This document shows positions 26,101-33,184 of a DNA stretch of 33,777 nucleotides, one piece after another. This DNA comes from a virus (lineage: Duplodnaviria > Caudoviricetes). The notes below the pieces were generated by a model, which was not told the origin of the DNA, made no database searches, and was given only the letters and a program-made list of their open reading frames with translations. Within the stretch, counting starts at the first letter, position 1; every line of letters starts with the position of its first letter. Location: positions 1 to 33,777 of the IMG/VR virus record IMGVR_UViG_3300043442_000626. One strand, given 5' to 3'. Both the position numbers and the translations under genes were made by a program.

Positions 26101-28186
26101 CTGGTCCTGCAGGAATTACCGCTTCTCCAGGAGTTAACATTGAAGGAACTGAATCTGTTCCTCTTGAGAAGTAAAATGGTTTTACATTAGTTGTTCCTTT
26201 AGCAAAACCTTTTCTTCCCTTACCAACAATCGGCCCACCAAAACCTCTTTGGGCTGCAATTGCTCTTTGATATGCAGATGCCAAGGCAGTGAGGGCTGCT
26301 GCTTCAGAAGTAAATGTTTGTTGTAGTTTTGTATGAACTTGATTTAGCGATGCTGCAACTGCTGCTGCCTCTGCCTGCTCTGATGTTAAAAATTGTGTCT
26401 GATTACCCAAAACAGTAGAAGACTGTCCTGCACGATTAAATATTGATTTCATACTAACAAATAATTTTATAATATTTGCTAAACCATTTGCCAATAAACC
26501 AAATGTCATTAAAAATATTGGACCAATTCCTCCAAGCAGGGTGGTTAAAATTACAATAAACTTTTTAGTTCCATCTCCAAGATTATTAAATTTTTCTAAT
26601 ATTTTACCTACAAACTCTGCTATAGGAGTTATTGCTTTTAAAAATTCTTCTCCGACTGGCGCCAAAGTAACTTTTAAATCTTCAATAGTCTTTTTAAATT
26701 TATAAGTAGTAGATTCTTCTACCTTAGATAATTCTCGTTCAGATAATATAGCAAGTTCTTCTGTTGTAGCCTGGCTTAATTTTAATACACGATTTGCCTG
26801 ATTACCTTCTTGAATAACATTTTGAAACAGGGTAGATAAACGAGCAAATTGGAATTTACCAAATAGTTGCTCTATTGCTCTTGCTCTATTTAAAGGATCT
26901 AAAGTATTTAATGCTGCTGCAAAATCTAAAACTACCTGTTTAACATCACCCTTACTTCTTTCTACAATTCCTGTTATATTAACACCCATATCTGCAAGCA
27001 TTTTTGATGCTTTCTCTGTAGGATTAATTAATGATGCAAGACCAGACTTTAAAGCGTTAGCGCCTTCGGACGCATTAATTCCACCCTCTTTCATGGCTGT
27101 TAAAAAGAATGCTAGATCTTCTACATCTCCACCAAGTTGTTTAACTACTGGGCCAGCCTTTGGAATTGCAACCGTTAAATCTTCAATAGAAACTACAGTT
27201 TGGTTTTCTACAGCATTTAAAAAGTTAATTTTTTCTGCTAATTTTTCTGCAGATAATCCAAAAGCATTTGTTAACGATATTGTTGTTTCTAATGACTGTT
27301 CTTGTTCGACTCCGCCTAGAACTGCTAACCTTGTTGCTTCATTTATCTGTGCTAATAAATCTGCCCCCATTTTACCTTGCGCTGCTGCAGTTGCTGCCAT
27401 CTCCATTGTTTTTTCAACTGCTACTCCATATTTTGTAAACTCTTTTGCAAGAAGTTGAATTTGGGTTAACATCTTATCTGTTTCTTCACCACTTGTAAAC
27501 ATTTCCCCATAAACACGCTTAAATCTAATTGCTTGCTCTTCTAATTTCATAAATGTTTTAGCAGCAGCAGTTCCAAGATATGCTAATGGTATTGTAAAAC
27601 CAACCATTAACTGACGACCAGCCCACTGAGTATTTTTACCAAAATTAAGCATATTGGTTGCGCCTTGCTTTAATAATTGATTAAGTAATGCTTGACGCTG
27701 CGCTGCAATTGCAGTTTGTGTTCCATAATTTTGCATATCAAGAGCAAGCGGTCTAATGGCAATTGCCTTCATTGCACCATTTGCATCTCTGCCTAATTTA
27801 ATATATTGTGTCTGTAAATCTTTTACACGTTCACGTGCAACTTTATTTATTGTGTCAAATTCAGATTTAAAAAATCTTCCAAATGATCTGGTTGCTCCCA
27901 TTGAATAGCGATAATAATCTCGCATTGATAATTTATTTTTTTCAAGGGCAGTAGTAAAAGATTCAGTTGTTGTTTTAACAGTCCGCATAGAGGCAGACCA
28001 TTTTCCAGTAGCATTAAGAGAATTGATTAAGTTTTGTTGCATATTGGCAGAGACGGCTGCTGCTGCAGCACCACTCTTTGCCATAGATGTATGGAATGCT
28101 GATATTTGTTTTTGTAGAAGTTTTATACTGGCTAATGCTTCAGACGTATCTATATTTACATGAATATTAGATTGAACATCAGCCAT
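20153..28186 (-). CDS. Tape measure protein
   Basis: 2677 aa, Ala/Gly/Lys-rich helical; TP901-type core (EGGINASEGANALKSGL), hydrophobic and glycine-zipper segments, coiled coils, TDxxPSMLTPGE motif; follows major tail and chaperones. Confidence 0.93.
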   Translation of the reverse strand: MADVQSNIHVNIDTSEALASIKLLQKQISAFHTSMAKSGAAAAAVSANMQQNLINSLNATGKWSASMRTVKTTTESFTTALEKNKLSMRDYYRYSMGATRSFGRFFKSEFDTINKVARERVKDLQTQYIKLGRDANGAMKAIAIRPLALDMQNYGTQTAIAAQRQALLNQLLKQGATNMLNFGKNTQWAGRQLMVGFTIPLAYLGTAAAKTFMKLEEQAIRFKRVYGEMFTSGEETDKMLTQIQLLAKEFTKYGVAVEKTMEMAATAAAQGKMGADLLAQINEATRLAVLGGVEQEQSLETTISLTNAFGLSAEKLAEKINFLNAVENQTVVSIEDLTVAIPKAGPVVKQLGGDVEDLAFFLTAMKEGGINASEGANALKSGLASLINPTEKASKMLADMGVNITGIVERSKGDVKQVVLDFAAALNTLDPLNRARAIEQLFGKFQFARLSTLFQNVIQEGNQANRVLKLSQATTEELAILSERELSKVEESTTYKFKKTIEDLKVTLAPVGEEFLKAITPIAEFVGKILEKFNNLGDGTKKFIVILTTLLGGIGPIFLMTFGLLANGLANIIKLFVSMKSIFNRAGQSSTVLGNQTQFLTSEQAEAAAVAASLNQVHTKLQQTFTSEAAALTALASAYQRAIAAQRGFGGPIVGKGRKGFAKGTTNVKPFYFSRGTDSVPSMLTPGEAVIPAGPAQDPANKPAIAHMIAGGTMEQFSKGTKGAGDFSHIGNPRTIGALDLVNKLKALPAGIISARAMQAIEAVAMKFANTLKINLYGKLGITTGMSNVDGRQVSMNNLMKPGGRGVAKGEFMADWDKRGLNRWKISLRNGGMKMQDVVQDLSILDAHMKDYLTSLDANTRVTDVHVKEAYEYGRRKMGAENRLIKSFDQLATTAGEARINISQAAQKAAGLATVAGGGSKGAVDVNGMKIRRGGDRFTFYKRAGFSLASLAEKGLAEGMMEKAQVASPSKVTKKIGGEIASGAILGLKEYVDDARAAGKQIGSAATQGVMSQAQLAAASRAALYGTGPIDPAQKSLRRQLEQQARAKALAEKAALRQSTIVPMVNNAGPSKPTVSGRFSNWRQNKIEEQRAAKAERGGRPGVGMGGVGMGLSMAAMAGSMAPGKVGEISQKLMMPLMMLTMIGPMLQSPIGALVVGIGAMAAGIIKLRMEFDKAQDSAIKLRESLSASRDSMRNLAKFSGNVTAGEIMDRRNKQKFGLVGAKPGKTTFGEAYVSSKEGKAVMDATTESLKTRGVKSTGEDLTNQLVSSVLSGAIDANQAKSIALNIGQKTGNYGLGFAVTAQINELIGPNGENLEKDPLEVRMKLIEQTEKNNNQLFQQMQEKGGRGGFLNIGAVDPKVAMGGMTAAGAGIGAAIGTAILPGIGSVIGAGIGAIGGAVGGYFAQRKANERNGKLSGAVVASQRAQMEQQKEMLDSLDLYYQKKIKELELEGKIAEAKELQAKYDKDRNDLVDKGAQLSKDIMTNYGATKGNVRSAMDTGIDKLLTQRYKGSDEIQYLDAAKTLLSESALTKEQQYLIKVKMSTGELTPSQQMFLFSNFGDNKEVQKQYMDIITRFSATTADNATRVMGMFSNPDGTPNKELQTKFLANVSTKDNDKDASKYVDFFAEVANTNGVFDMSAILNFYMKNPEVQEKTQEVIDNIDKNKGKLTLDVMTNFLPENVMGSIDQAYFEKLSQDERITYLKEIATIVNVPDPVIQADPEFIKWQKEGALYNGVSYTNKSIGEQIAAYRQFQPWKVTQESIAQANAAPPKSPSSGGKVDSSPLDDIVKKLRDVRKNQIKVTEGWKASMKSLDSLFGGKKRLEIFSGIEQDLARLGAKGNFIELIVGMDPKEYEKRKNNLFKFDNKGNIIGLKRDAKTIQEALNAVVAGDYASQMVQLKQEIADQSKAYDILREAGLSYADTQELIADKAFAAMVASEGNTKAAQRLIKLLKEAKTLSKGNQIKTDLQGDIDADKQAAAARANLAKVAKEKNWSWLEADAILSDDTLREAMANWDKLTKEQAAVFQERLQQVLNSIEFKESIFNKGFEKAMEKFSVMETKIDIDFQFKTLKDQDIIEKAQDKIAGINYEIDDWEASLKSIEEQEEKINDKYDAKYKALDEIRSINEKISRQQKGQLTLADALSQGDIAAAARAAQDIRAQQATDAIDNQQKLLDAAKENELANIRNEKGYTRAQIEDQIKKLRDQIFKIEEEELEPAQERVRIEEAKKRELIQSLTVLGKSKLEWEAIKNRIDIARTSSAEYMQAIAAALGVVEDIVNYWNSLDGKIITTTHKIITIYENSGGTGPGPGPGPGPGPGPGPDSPCGPGYIMNDAGNCVPIVSECGPGMVRADDGRCVPAGSFNSSDDTDGNNSGSKNNNGSTTGSTTGSTKDYTGRETNGFTKYLDEAKSEYDKVVAKSLTPGATPSDFGHDLARLDQAVINAINLVDEKNKYNAMVAETIKPGTAATAAYNKIVEDSKKAGATVSDFGSQLAAASQRVINDSKKNQSPSDFGHALAAQDKKVVDLATKVMASSPSASKAAAEAKAKADAAAKAKAAADIAKFGGNSIAASQFANWPSGKSSGGIIKRFAVGGPVIGTDVIPSMLTPGEFVMSRYAVDSFGLDKMRAINNGTYSDASVYNYSIAVNVKSDANPDEIARAVMGQIRQVDSKRLRSRAV
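21021..21050. repeat. 12-bp tandem repeat x2.5 in TMP (GSTT)
   Basis: gatccagtagta-gatccagtagta-gatcca. Confidence 0.85.
21224..21271. repeat. 6-bp tandem repeat x8 in TMP encoding (Gly-Pro)8
   Basis: tggtcc/tggccc x8. Confidence 0.95.
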
Positions 28187-28215
28187 TCCATTACACCTCT
28201 ATTACTATTTATTTT

Positions 28216-28542
28216 TTATGAGTTTGTAAGACCGCCAAGAAGTGTTGCATCAGTTAGTTTGATGCCAGAAGCCTCTTCGACGATTTTATAAACTGTTGGA
28301 AGATCTAAATTCTCTTCTAATGCAGAAGAGTCTTCCGATAACTCTGGTTTATATTGTTGCATTGCAATAGCAACACACTCCATAAGTATATTCATTGATT
28401 TTTCATTATCATCTGCCACTGCTGCAATACCTTCAAACTTCTTCATAAATGGACGAAGAAGGGATATCTTCAGTGGTCGTACTTTTATTTTTGTGCCATC
28501 GATTAATACGATTTCTTTTGGTTCGTGCACAGTTGTAGCCAT
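28216..28542 (-). CDS. Tail assembly chaperone, short (gpG-like) form
   Basis: 108 aa between major tail and TMP; paralog of the N-terminal half of 28593-29279; AAGGAGG SD. Confidence 0.75.
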   Translation of the reverse strand: MATTVHEPKEIVLIDGTKIKVRPLKISLLRPFMKKFEGIAAVADDNEKSMNILMECVAIAMQQYKPELSEDSSALEENLDLPTVYKIVEEASGIKLTDATLLGGLTNS

Positions 28543-28568
28543 TAATTCCTCCTTATAAGGTTGAATTA

Positions 28569-28577
28569 ATTATACCA
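28569..28577 (-). promoter_or_regulatory. Extended -10 promoter TGGTATAAT for short chaperone/TMP
   Basis: Intergenic TGGTATAAT upstream of AAGGAGG-AATTA-ATG. Confidence 0.65.
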
Positions 28578-28592
28578 TAGTGCGTTTTATTT

Positions 28593-29279
28593 TTAGTCTT
28601 TTATTTCCTCATAATCTAGGCCCATGCCAATTCCAAAACCTGCATTTTGAGCATTTATGCCTTGAAGCGCAACTATATCATTAGATCCTGTAGCCTTACC
28701 TTTACTAAAAACTCTAGCCTTCATATCTTCCCAAGCATTAGATCTTTTAGTATTTTTATCTAAGTCTACTCCTTGTATTGCAGCATAAAATTTTTTATCT
28801 GAATAATCTAACTCTCTTTTTATATTAAGGGTTTCTGTTAATTCTGGCATCGACATAGATGTTTCTAATTCTTCATAATCTTTCCATATACCAAGAAGAA
28901 ATGCCTCTGCCTCTAGCCTAACAAGGTCTAGTTTATCCCAAGATGCTCCTGGACTTTCGGTTGCTTGGTCTTTTACTTTTTCCTGAGACTCTTTATCTAT
29001 TTTAATTCCTGCAGCAATATCTAATATTCTATATATTGTTTTTAAGTCTATATTATCTTCTAACTCTTCTATTGTTTTTATAATAGGATAATATTGTTTC
29101 ATACAAATTAAAGCACATTTTGCTAATTCAGAAATTGCTTCTTCGTCACTATTTGCATTTCTTACATTTTCAAACTGCAACATAAATTGACGTAAATACT
29201 TTATTTTTAATGGAGTTATATATATTTCTGTTCCATCAATTAAACTAATATAATCACTATTATATATTTCTGTAGCCAT
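28593..29279 (-). CDS. Tail assembly chaperone, long (gpGT-like) form
   Basis: 228 aa: G-like N-domain plus a C-domain (WKDYEELETSMSMPEL...AAIQGVDL); immediately after the major tail gene. Confidence 0.72.
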   Translation of the reverse strand: MATEIYNSDYISLIDGTEIYITPLKIKYLRQFMLQFENVRNANSDEEAISELAKCALICMKQYYPIIKTIEELEDNIDLKTIYRILDIAAGIKIDKESQEKVKDQATESPGASWDKLDLVRLEAEAFLLGIWKDYEELETSMSMPELTETLNIKRELDYSDKKFYAAIQGVDLDKNTKRSNAWEDMKARVFSKGKATGSNDIVALQGINAQNAGFGIGMGLDYEEIKD

Positions 29280-29285
29280 AGTTTT

Positions 29286-29294
29286 ATTATATCA
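29286..29294 (-). promoter_or_regulatory. Extended -10, probable leaderless promoter
   Basis: TGATATAAT-AAAACT-ATG, no SD, directly after a terminator hairpin. Confidence 0.65.
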
Positions 29295-29296
29295 AA

Positions 29297-29336
29297 CAGA
29301 AAGGCCCAGCCTTTTCAAATATGGCTGAGCCTTCTG
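29297..29336 (-). terminator. Intrinsic terminator after the major tail gene
   Basis: Minus strand CAGAAGGCTCAGCC-11nt-GGCTGGGCCTTTCTG followed by TTT. Confidence 0.75.
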
Positions 29337-29352
29337 ATTTTATTAAGTTGTA

Positions 29353-29985
29353 TTATGGTGCTGGAGTTACTGTACGATCAATGATCTTACCGTATGAACC
29401 AGTTGTGTCATCTGGAAGAAGACGGAACGAAACTTCAAACATTGTAGCCTCATCACGCTTTGCTGATACTGTAACATTTTCAATTGAAAGTGCACGGTAT
29501 GCAACATAAATTCTTTCCTTGTTAGATCCCTCATCGCAGTCACCAGTTCCTGGGCCGACAGCAACCAAACCACGCTCTACTGGGCATTCGCCAAGATTAC
29601 CTGATTTGATGTTAAATGTCTGACCGTTGGAAGTTGAGGCAGAGCCTGTAAGATCAGTAATTGATCCTGCAACTGCAACAAGAAGATTCTCCAATGTAGA
29701 TTCAGCAAAAGTAGTATTTAGGTTTACTTGCATGCCTTGCTTAAACAACTTAGCAACGTCAAGAACCTGGTCAACCTGAACTTCACCGAAATCTGGCTGG
29801 AATTGTAGTTCCAAACCATTCATAGTATATCCGACTGAACGGAAATCATCGGATTCGCCATCCATTGTTACAGAATACTTTGTTCCAGAAACAGGGGCGG
29901 GGTTTCCACCAACTGCTAAAGGAGCATCAGCAATCCATAACTGTGCTGCACCGACGATAATATTATTACTATTACCTAGAGCCAT
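29353..29985 (-). CDS. Major tail (tube) protein
   Basis: NIIVGAA, VGYTMNG, VQVDQ, FAESTLENL, FEVSFRLLPD; GAGGTG SD; followed by a terminator. Confidence 0.85.
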   Translation of the reverse strand: MALGNSNNIIVGAAQLWIADAPLAVGGNPAPVSGTKYSVTMDGESDDFRSVGYTMNGLELQFQPDFGEVQVDQVLDVAKLFKQGMQVNLNTTFAESTLENLLVAVAGSITDLTGSASTSNGQTFNIKSGNLGECPVERGLVAVGPGTGDCDEGSNKERIYVAYRALSIENVTVSAKRDEATMFEVSFRLLPDDTTGSYGKIIDRTVTPAP

Positions 29986-30041
29986 TATTTATTTCACCTC
30001 TTTTTTTCTATAGAAATCAAAGGCGTGTTTCCTCATTGCTA

Positions 30042-30047
30042 AGTATA
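30042..30047 (-). promoter_or_regulatory. -10 box TATACT upstream of the major tail gene
   Basis: Located in the 70-nt intergenic gap. Confidence 0.45.
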
Positions 30048-30055
30048 CAGCCTTT

Positions 30056-30619
30056 TTATGAATTTCCCAGTATCCCAAGTCTTATAATAGACCCGTCTTC
30101 ATTGCGCTTAGTAGTAGATTGATGATAGTCATAGTCAATAATGATCTTATTACCCGCATATGTTCGGGCTGTTCCAAAGTCGACTATATCTCTTGACTCT
30201 TCTAACTGGTATATCTTAAAGTTATGGAAGTAAAACTCACACTGCATGCCATTAAAAGATTTTCCTATAACCCATGAGTTTAGTTCTTGAGCGCTTTCAT
30301 CTCCACGATCTAGTAGCCTCATCACTGCTTCTTGTATCTTAATCATTTGTAGTGTAGGCTCAGAGCCACTAGCATAAAAATAATATAATACCTGCTCACA
30401 TTTTATATGTGGGAATGGACCTCTACGCATTCTAAACATTCTGTCCCAAACTGCCATGGTTCCACCTTCTGGAAACTGTTTCTGAAGAGTCTCTAATGTA
30501 GAAGGTCCAGTAGGGAAAAATGGAACATCCTCCAAACCAGATAACTCAGAAATCTTTTCTTTAAGGTATTGATTAATCCATAATACTGGTGTGTTTAATA
30601 CTGATGTTGATTCTGTCAT
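30056..30619 (-). CDS. Putative tail terminator/completion protein
   Basis: Position just before major tail; ATGA overlap. Confidence 0.6.
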   Translation of the reverse strand: MTESTSVLNTPVLWINQYLKEKISELSGLEDVPFFPTGPSTLETLQKQFPEGGTMAVWDRMFRMRRGPFPHIKCEQVLYYFYASGSEPTLQMIKIQEAVMRLLDRGDESAQELNSWVIGKSFNGMQCEFYFHNFKIYQLEESRDIVDFGTARTYAGNKIIIDYDYHQSTTKRNEDGSIIRLGILGNS

Positions 30620-31290
30620 CGTCCAACTCCTGCATTTGCTATCCAGCGATAGCCCGTCTCATATCCTTTTGCTTTACCGCCACGTTTGCCTGCACGTAAA
30701 TTCTTTTTATATGACACTGGGTTTTCTAAGTATTTGGCAACTCCACTTACTCGTAAAAATGCTTGTGTAAAAAATCTATTAAAAAATGAATCAAAAACTT
30801 TTTCAAATCCACCTTGAACTGCATTTCCTCCAGGATTTAAAACTTCAACTGGCTGTCTTGTAAATACTGTTTCTCCATCTACCTCAAATGCTAATGCCTG
30901 TGCTCTTTTAGGAATAATAGTAACTGGAATTCCCTGCTCCATAATTCTAGCCTTGTCATAAAATGGAACACGAGATCCATTTTTAATAGATGTAGATTGT
31001 TTAAAAGTTGATTTAAAAGAAAGACCTATTGGACTTGCTACATATTGTATATCAAATAATCTAGCATTTGGGCTTCCTGTCTGGTTCCATTCATAAACAT
31101 GATGAAGTATTTCTGGATTAACTCTAGCATTTGAATCTATATATTCTTTCATTAATTCTACTGTTTCTAATCCAAGAGTACTTAAAAATGCCTTCTTTCC
31201 GCCCTGAATTCCTTCAACATATCCAATAGAATATTCAATAATGTTTTTCATATCTTTCCGAAATGCAGTATTATTAAATACAACTCTCAT
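30616..31290 (-). CDS. Putative neck/tail-completion protein (HK97 gp10 position)
   Basis: Synteny; IIPKRAQALAFEVDGETVF...NPG motif; ATGA overlap. Confidence 0.55.
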   Translation of the reverse strand: MRVVFNNTAFRKDMKNIIEYSIGYVEGIQGGKKAFLSTLGLETVELMKEYIDSNARVNPEILHHVYEWNQTGSPNARLFDIQYVASPIGLSFKSTFKQSTSIKNGSRVPFYDKARIMEQGIPVTIIPKRAQALAFEVDGETVFTRQPVEVLNPGGNAVQGGFEKVFDSFFNRFFTQAFLRVSGVAKYLENPVSYKKNLRAGKRGGKAKGYETGYRWIANAGVGR

Positions 31291-31736
31291 ACATCTACCG
31301 CCTGATTTTCAGATCTACGCAGAACAAGTTTATAATATTCTACACTGCCAAATGGACCAGTAAACGGATCTTGAGTTGCTATCTCAAATATTGTGGATTT
31401 CCCTGCACGTGGTCCTGAAGTTTCTGTATAAATTTCATTACAATTTTTATCTTTAATATTTGTAATGATAACATTTGTTACAGAATTTCTTGCCTCAAGG
31501 CTAGATATCCTTATGTCTGTTTTACATCTTCCAAGTAATAATTTGTCTTGTGTAATATTAATATTTGGAGTTACTTCTTCTTTAAATGCTGTACCTGCAG
31601 AAGTAAACGAACATGCTATTGTTCTATCTAATATCCAAGTCTTCTTAACTTCTCCATAAATGCCCTGCTCAACAATTGGATGATATACGTCTGCTTGCAT
31701 GGGAAATGCGAAGTCTGGAGTTTCGCATATTGCCAT
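31287..31736 (-). CDS. Putative head-closure (stopper) protein
   Basis: 149 aa beta-rich, QGIYGEVKKTW; follows the adaptor with a TAATG overlap. Confidence 0.6.
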   Translation of the reverse strand: MAICETPDFAFPMQADVYHPIVEQGIYGEVKKTWILDRTIACSFTSAGTAFKEEVTPNINITQDKLLLGRCKTDIRISSLEARNSVTNVIITNIKDKNCNEIYTETSGPRAGKSTIFEIATQDPFTGPFGSVEYYKLVLRRSENQAVDV

Positions 31737-32614
31737 TACAGTACCCCAACGAACTCAATCGGTTTACGATATTTATCAAGTATCTTGTCTACAATTAAAT
31801 TGCCAGTACCCTCAAATACTGTTTTATCAAACTGAATTCTAAATTGATCTGTATTATAAGCACCTATATAACGTTTGTAATAATCTAACTTTCCACAATC
31901 AATATCATGAATTAATAATTCTGTTGCCCTTACAATATCAGATGGAACCTTGTTATAACCAACTTCTAATATGATTGTATAGTCCCAACCTTTTGGAAAT
32001 CCTCTTGCTGAATAATCAAGTTCTGCAATATCTGTTGGTGATGCTGGCAATAAAATACGAGCAGATTCATCCCTGTTAATTGCATCATTAAATGTCATTG
32101 TAATTGCTGATCCATCTGGAATAATTTCAAATGCTGAAACAGAATTTTCTAAGTCATCTGCATTATAAAGCAATACGTTATTTTCATAAACTTTTAAAAC
32201 CTTTTTGCCGTTTACCCAAATAGGTAAGTAGTCTGTTCCTTGACCTGTTGTTTGAATTACTTTTTTCTTATAATAAAATTCTACATCACATACAGAATCT
32301 ATAATTGCTCTGGCTAATTCTTCATTAGATGCATATGTTGCAATTTCGCTTGCTGTAGTTCCATGCTCGTCTGGATTAATATATGGACGAACCACATCAA
32401 TAAAATATTCATCTCCATCAACTTCTATTTTATATTGTGTATCATATTTTGAAGATATCGGAATTACTACTTTAGAGTTTGCACTAGAAGTAATTGAGTC
32501 CTCTATAACTGAAGAGTCCGCCATATCGGTAATTATGTAATCATATTCTGTGGATGCAGATCCAACATTTAAAGTTACACTTAAATTATATGGCGGGACT
32601 CTCAGAATTTGCAT
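31736..32614 (-). CDS. Putative head-to-tail adaptor
   Basis: ARAIIDSVC...VGYNKVPSDIVRATELL...DKILDKYR adaptor-like pattern. Confidence 0.65.
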   Translation of the reverse strand: MQILRVPPYNLSVTLNVGSASTEYDYIITDMADSSVIEDSITSSANSKVVIPISSKYDTQYKIEVDGDEYFIDVVRPYINPDEHGTTASEIATYASNEELARAIIDSVCDVEFYYKKKVIQTTGQGTDYLPIWVNGKKVLKVYENNVLLYNADDLENSVSAFEIIPDGSAITMTFNDAINRDESARILLPASPTDIAELDYSARGFPKGWDYTIILEVGYNKVPSDIVRATELLIHDIDCGKLDYYKRYIGAYNTDQFRIQFDKTVFEGTGNLIVDKILDKYRKPIEFVGVL

Positions 32615-33085
32615 TTAGCGACCAAACTCCCTTGCAACCTCTTCAGGTGTAGCAATACGAATATGGTCACGCTCTAACCATTTATCCCTTTGTTGTGGAG
32701 TTACTATGTTATAACCACGATAAACTTTTCCAACTCCAGGCCAACTTACATTTTTTGTAGAGTAAATTGCTTCTGTTTTATTTGAAGTTTTTGGTGCTGT
32801 AGCAGGAGTATTTCTAGAACTCCTTGGTGTTTGTGTTACACCAATTACACCATTGGCAACAGAACCTACTGCCTGAACAGTATCAGAACCTCTTGCCAAA
32901 TCTGCGGTTGTAATTGCTGTTACATTTTCTTGAACTTCTGATACAGAAGCCTCAATATTATTTTGTACAGCAACCTCTTCCACCTTTGTTTCTGGCATAG
33001 GAGCCTCTACAACTGGCTCAGGAGCAACTGATGCTTCTACTGGTGTTTCTACTGGTGCTTCATTATTAAAATTATTTTCTTCCAT
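32615..33085 (-). CDS. Hypothetical protein after capsid (acidic low-complexity N-term, compact C-term domain)
   Basis: E/V/P/A-rich N-terminus; AGGAGG SD. Confidence 0.7.
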   Translation of the reverse strand: MEENNFNNEAPVETPVEASVAPEPVVEAPMPETKVEEVAVQNNIEASVSEVQENVTAITTADLARGSDTVQAVGSVANGVIGVTQTPRSSRNTPATAPKTSNKTEAIYSTKNVSWPGVGKVYRGYNIVTPQQRDKWLERDHIRIATPEEVAREFGR

Positions 33086-33107
33086 TATTTAACCTCCTAT
33101 GTGAACT

Positions 33108-33116
33108 ATTATAACA
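33108..33116 (-). promoter_or_regulatory. Extended -10 promoter TGTTATAAT
   Basis: Between the capsid terminator and AGGAGG SD of 32615-33085. Confidence 0.65.
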
Positions 33117-33130
33117 GAATACTAAAGATT

Positions 33131-33165
33131 AAGAGGGGGAGGAGATCTAGCCCCTGCCCCCTCTC
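33131..33165 (-). terminator. Terminator-like hairpin after the major capsid gene
   Basis: Minus strand GAGAGGGGGCAGGGG-CTAGAT-CTCCTCCCCCTCTT then AATCTTT. Confidence 0.7.
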
Positions 33166-33184
33166 AAAGGTTACTGTTTACAGA

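Noticed and set aside
28187-28240. Programmed frameshift from the short chaperone into a downstream ORF or TMP
   Set aside because: No slippery heptamer before its TAA, and only 29 nt remain before the TMP start, which has its own GAGGTG SD.
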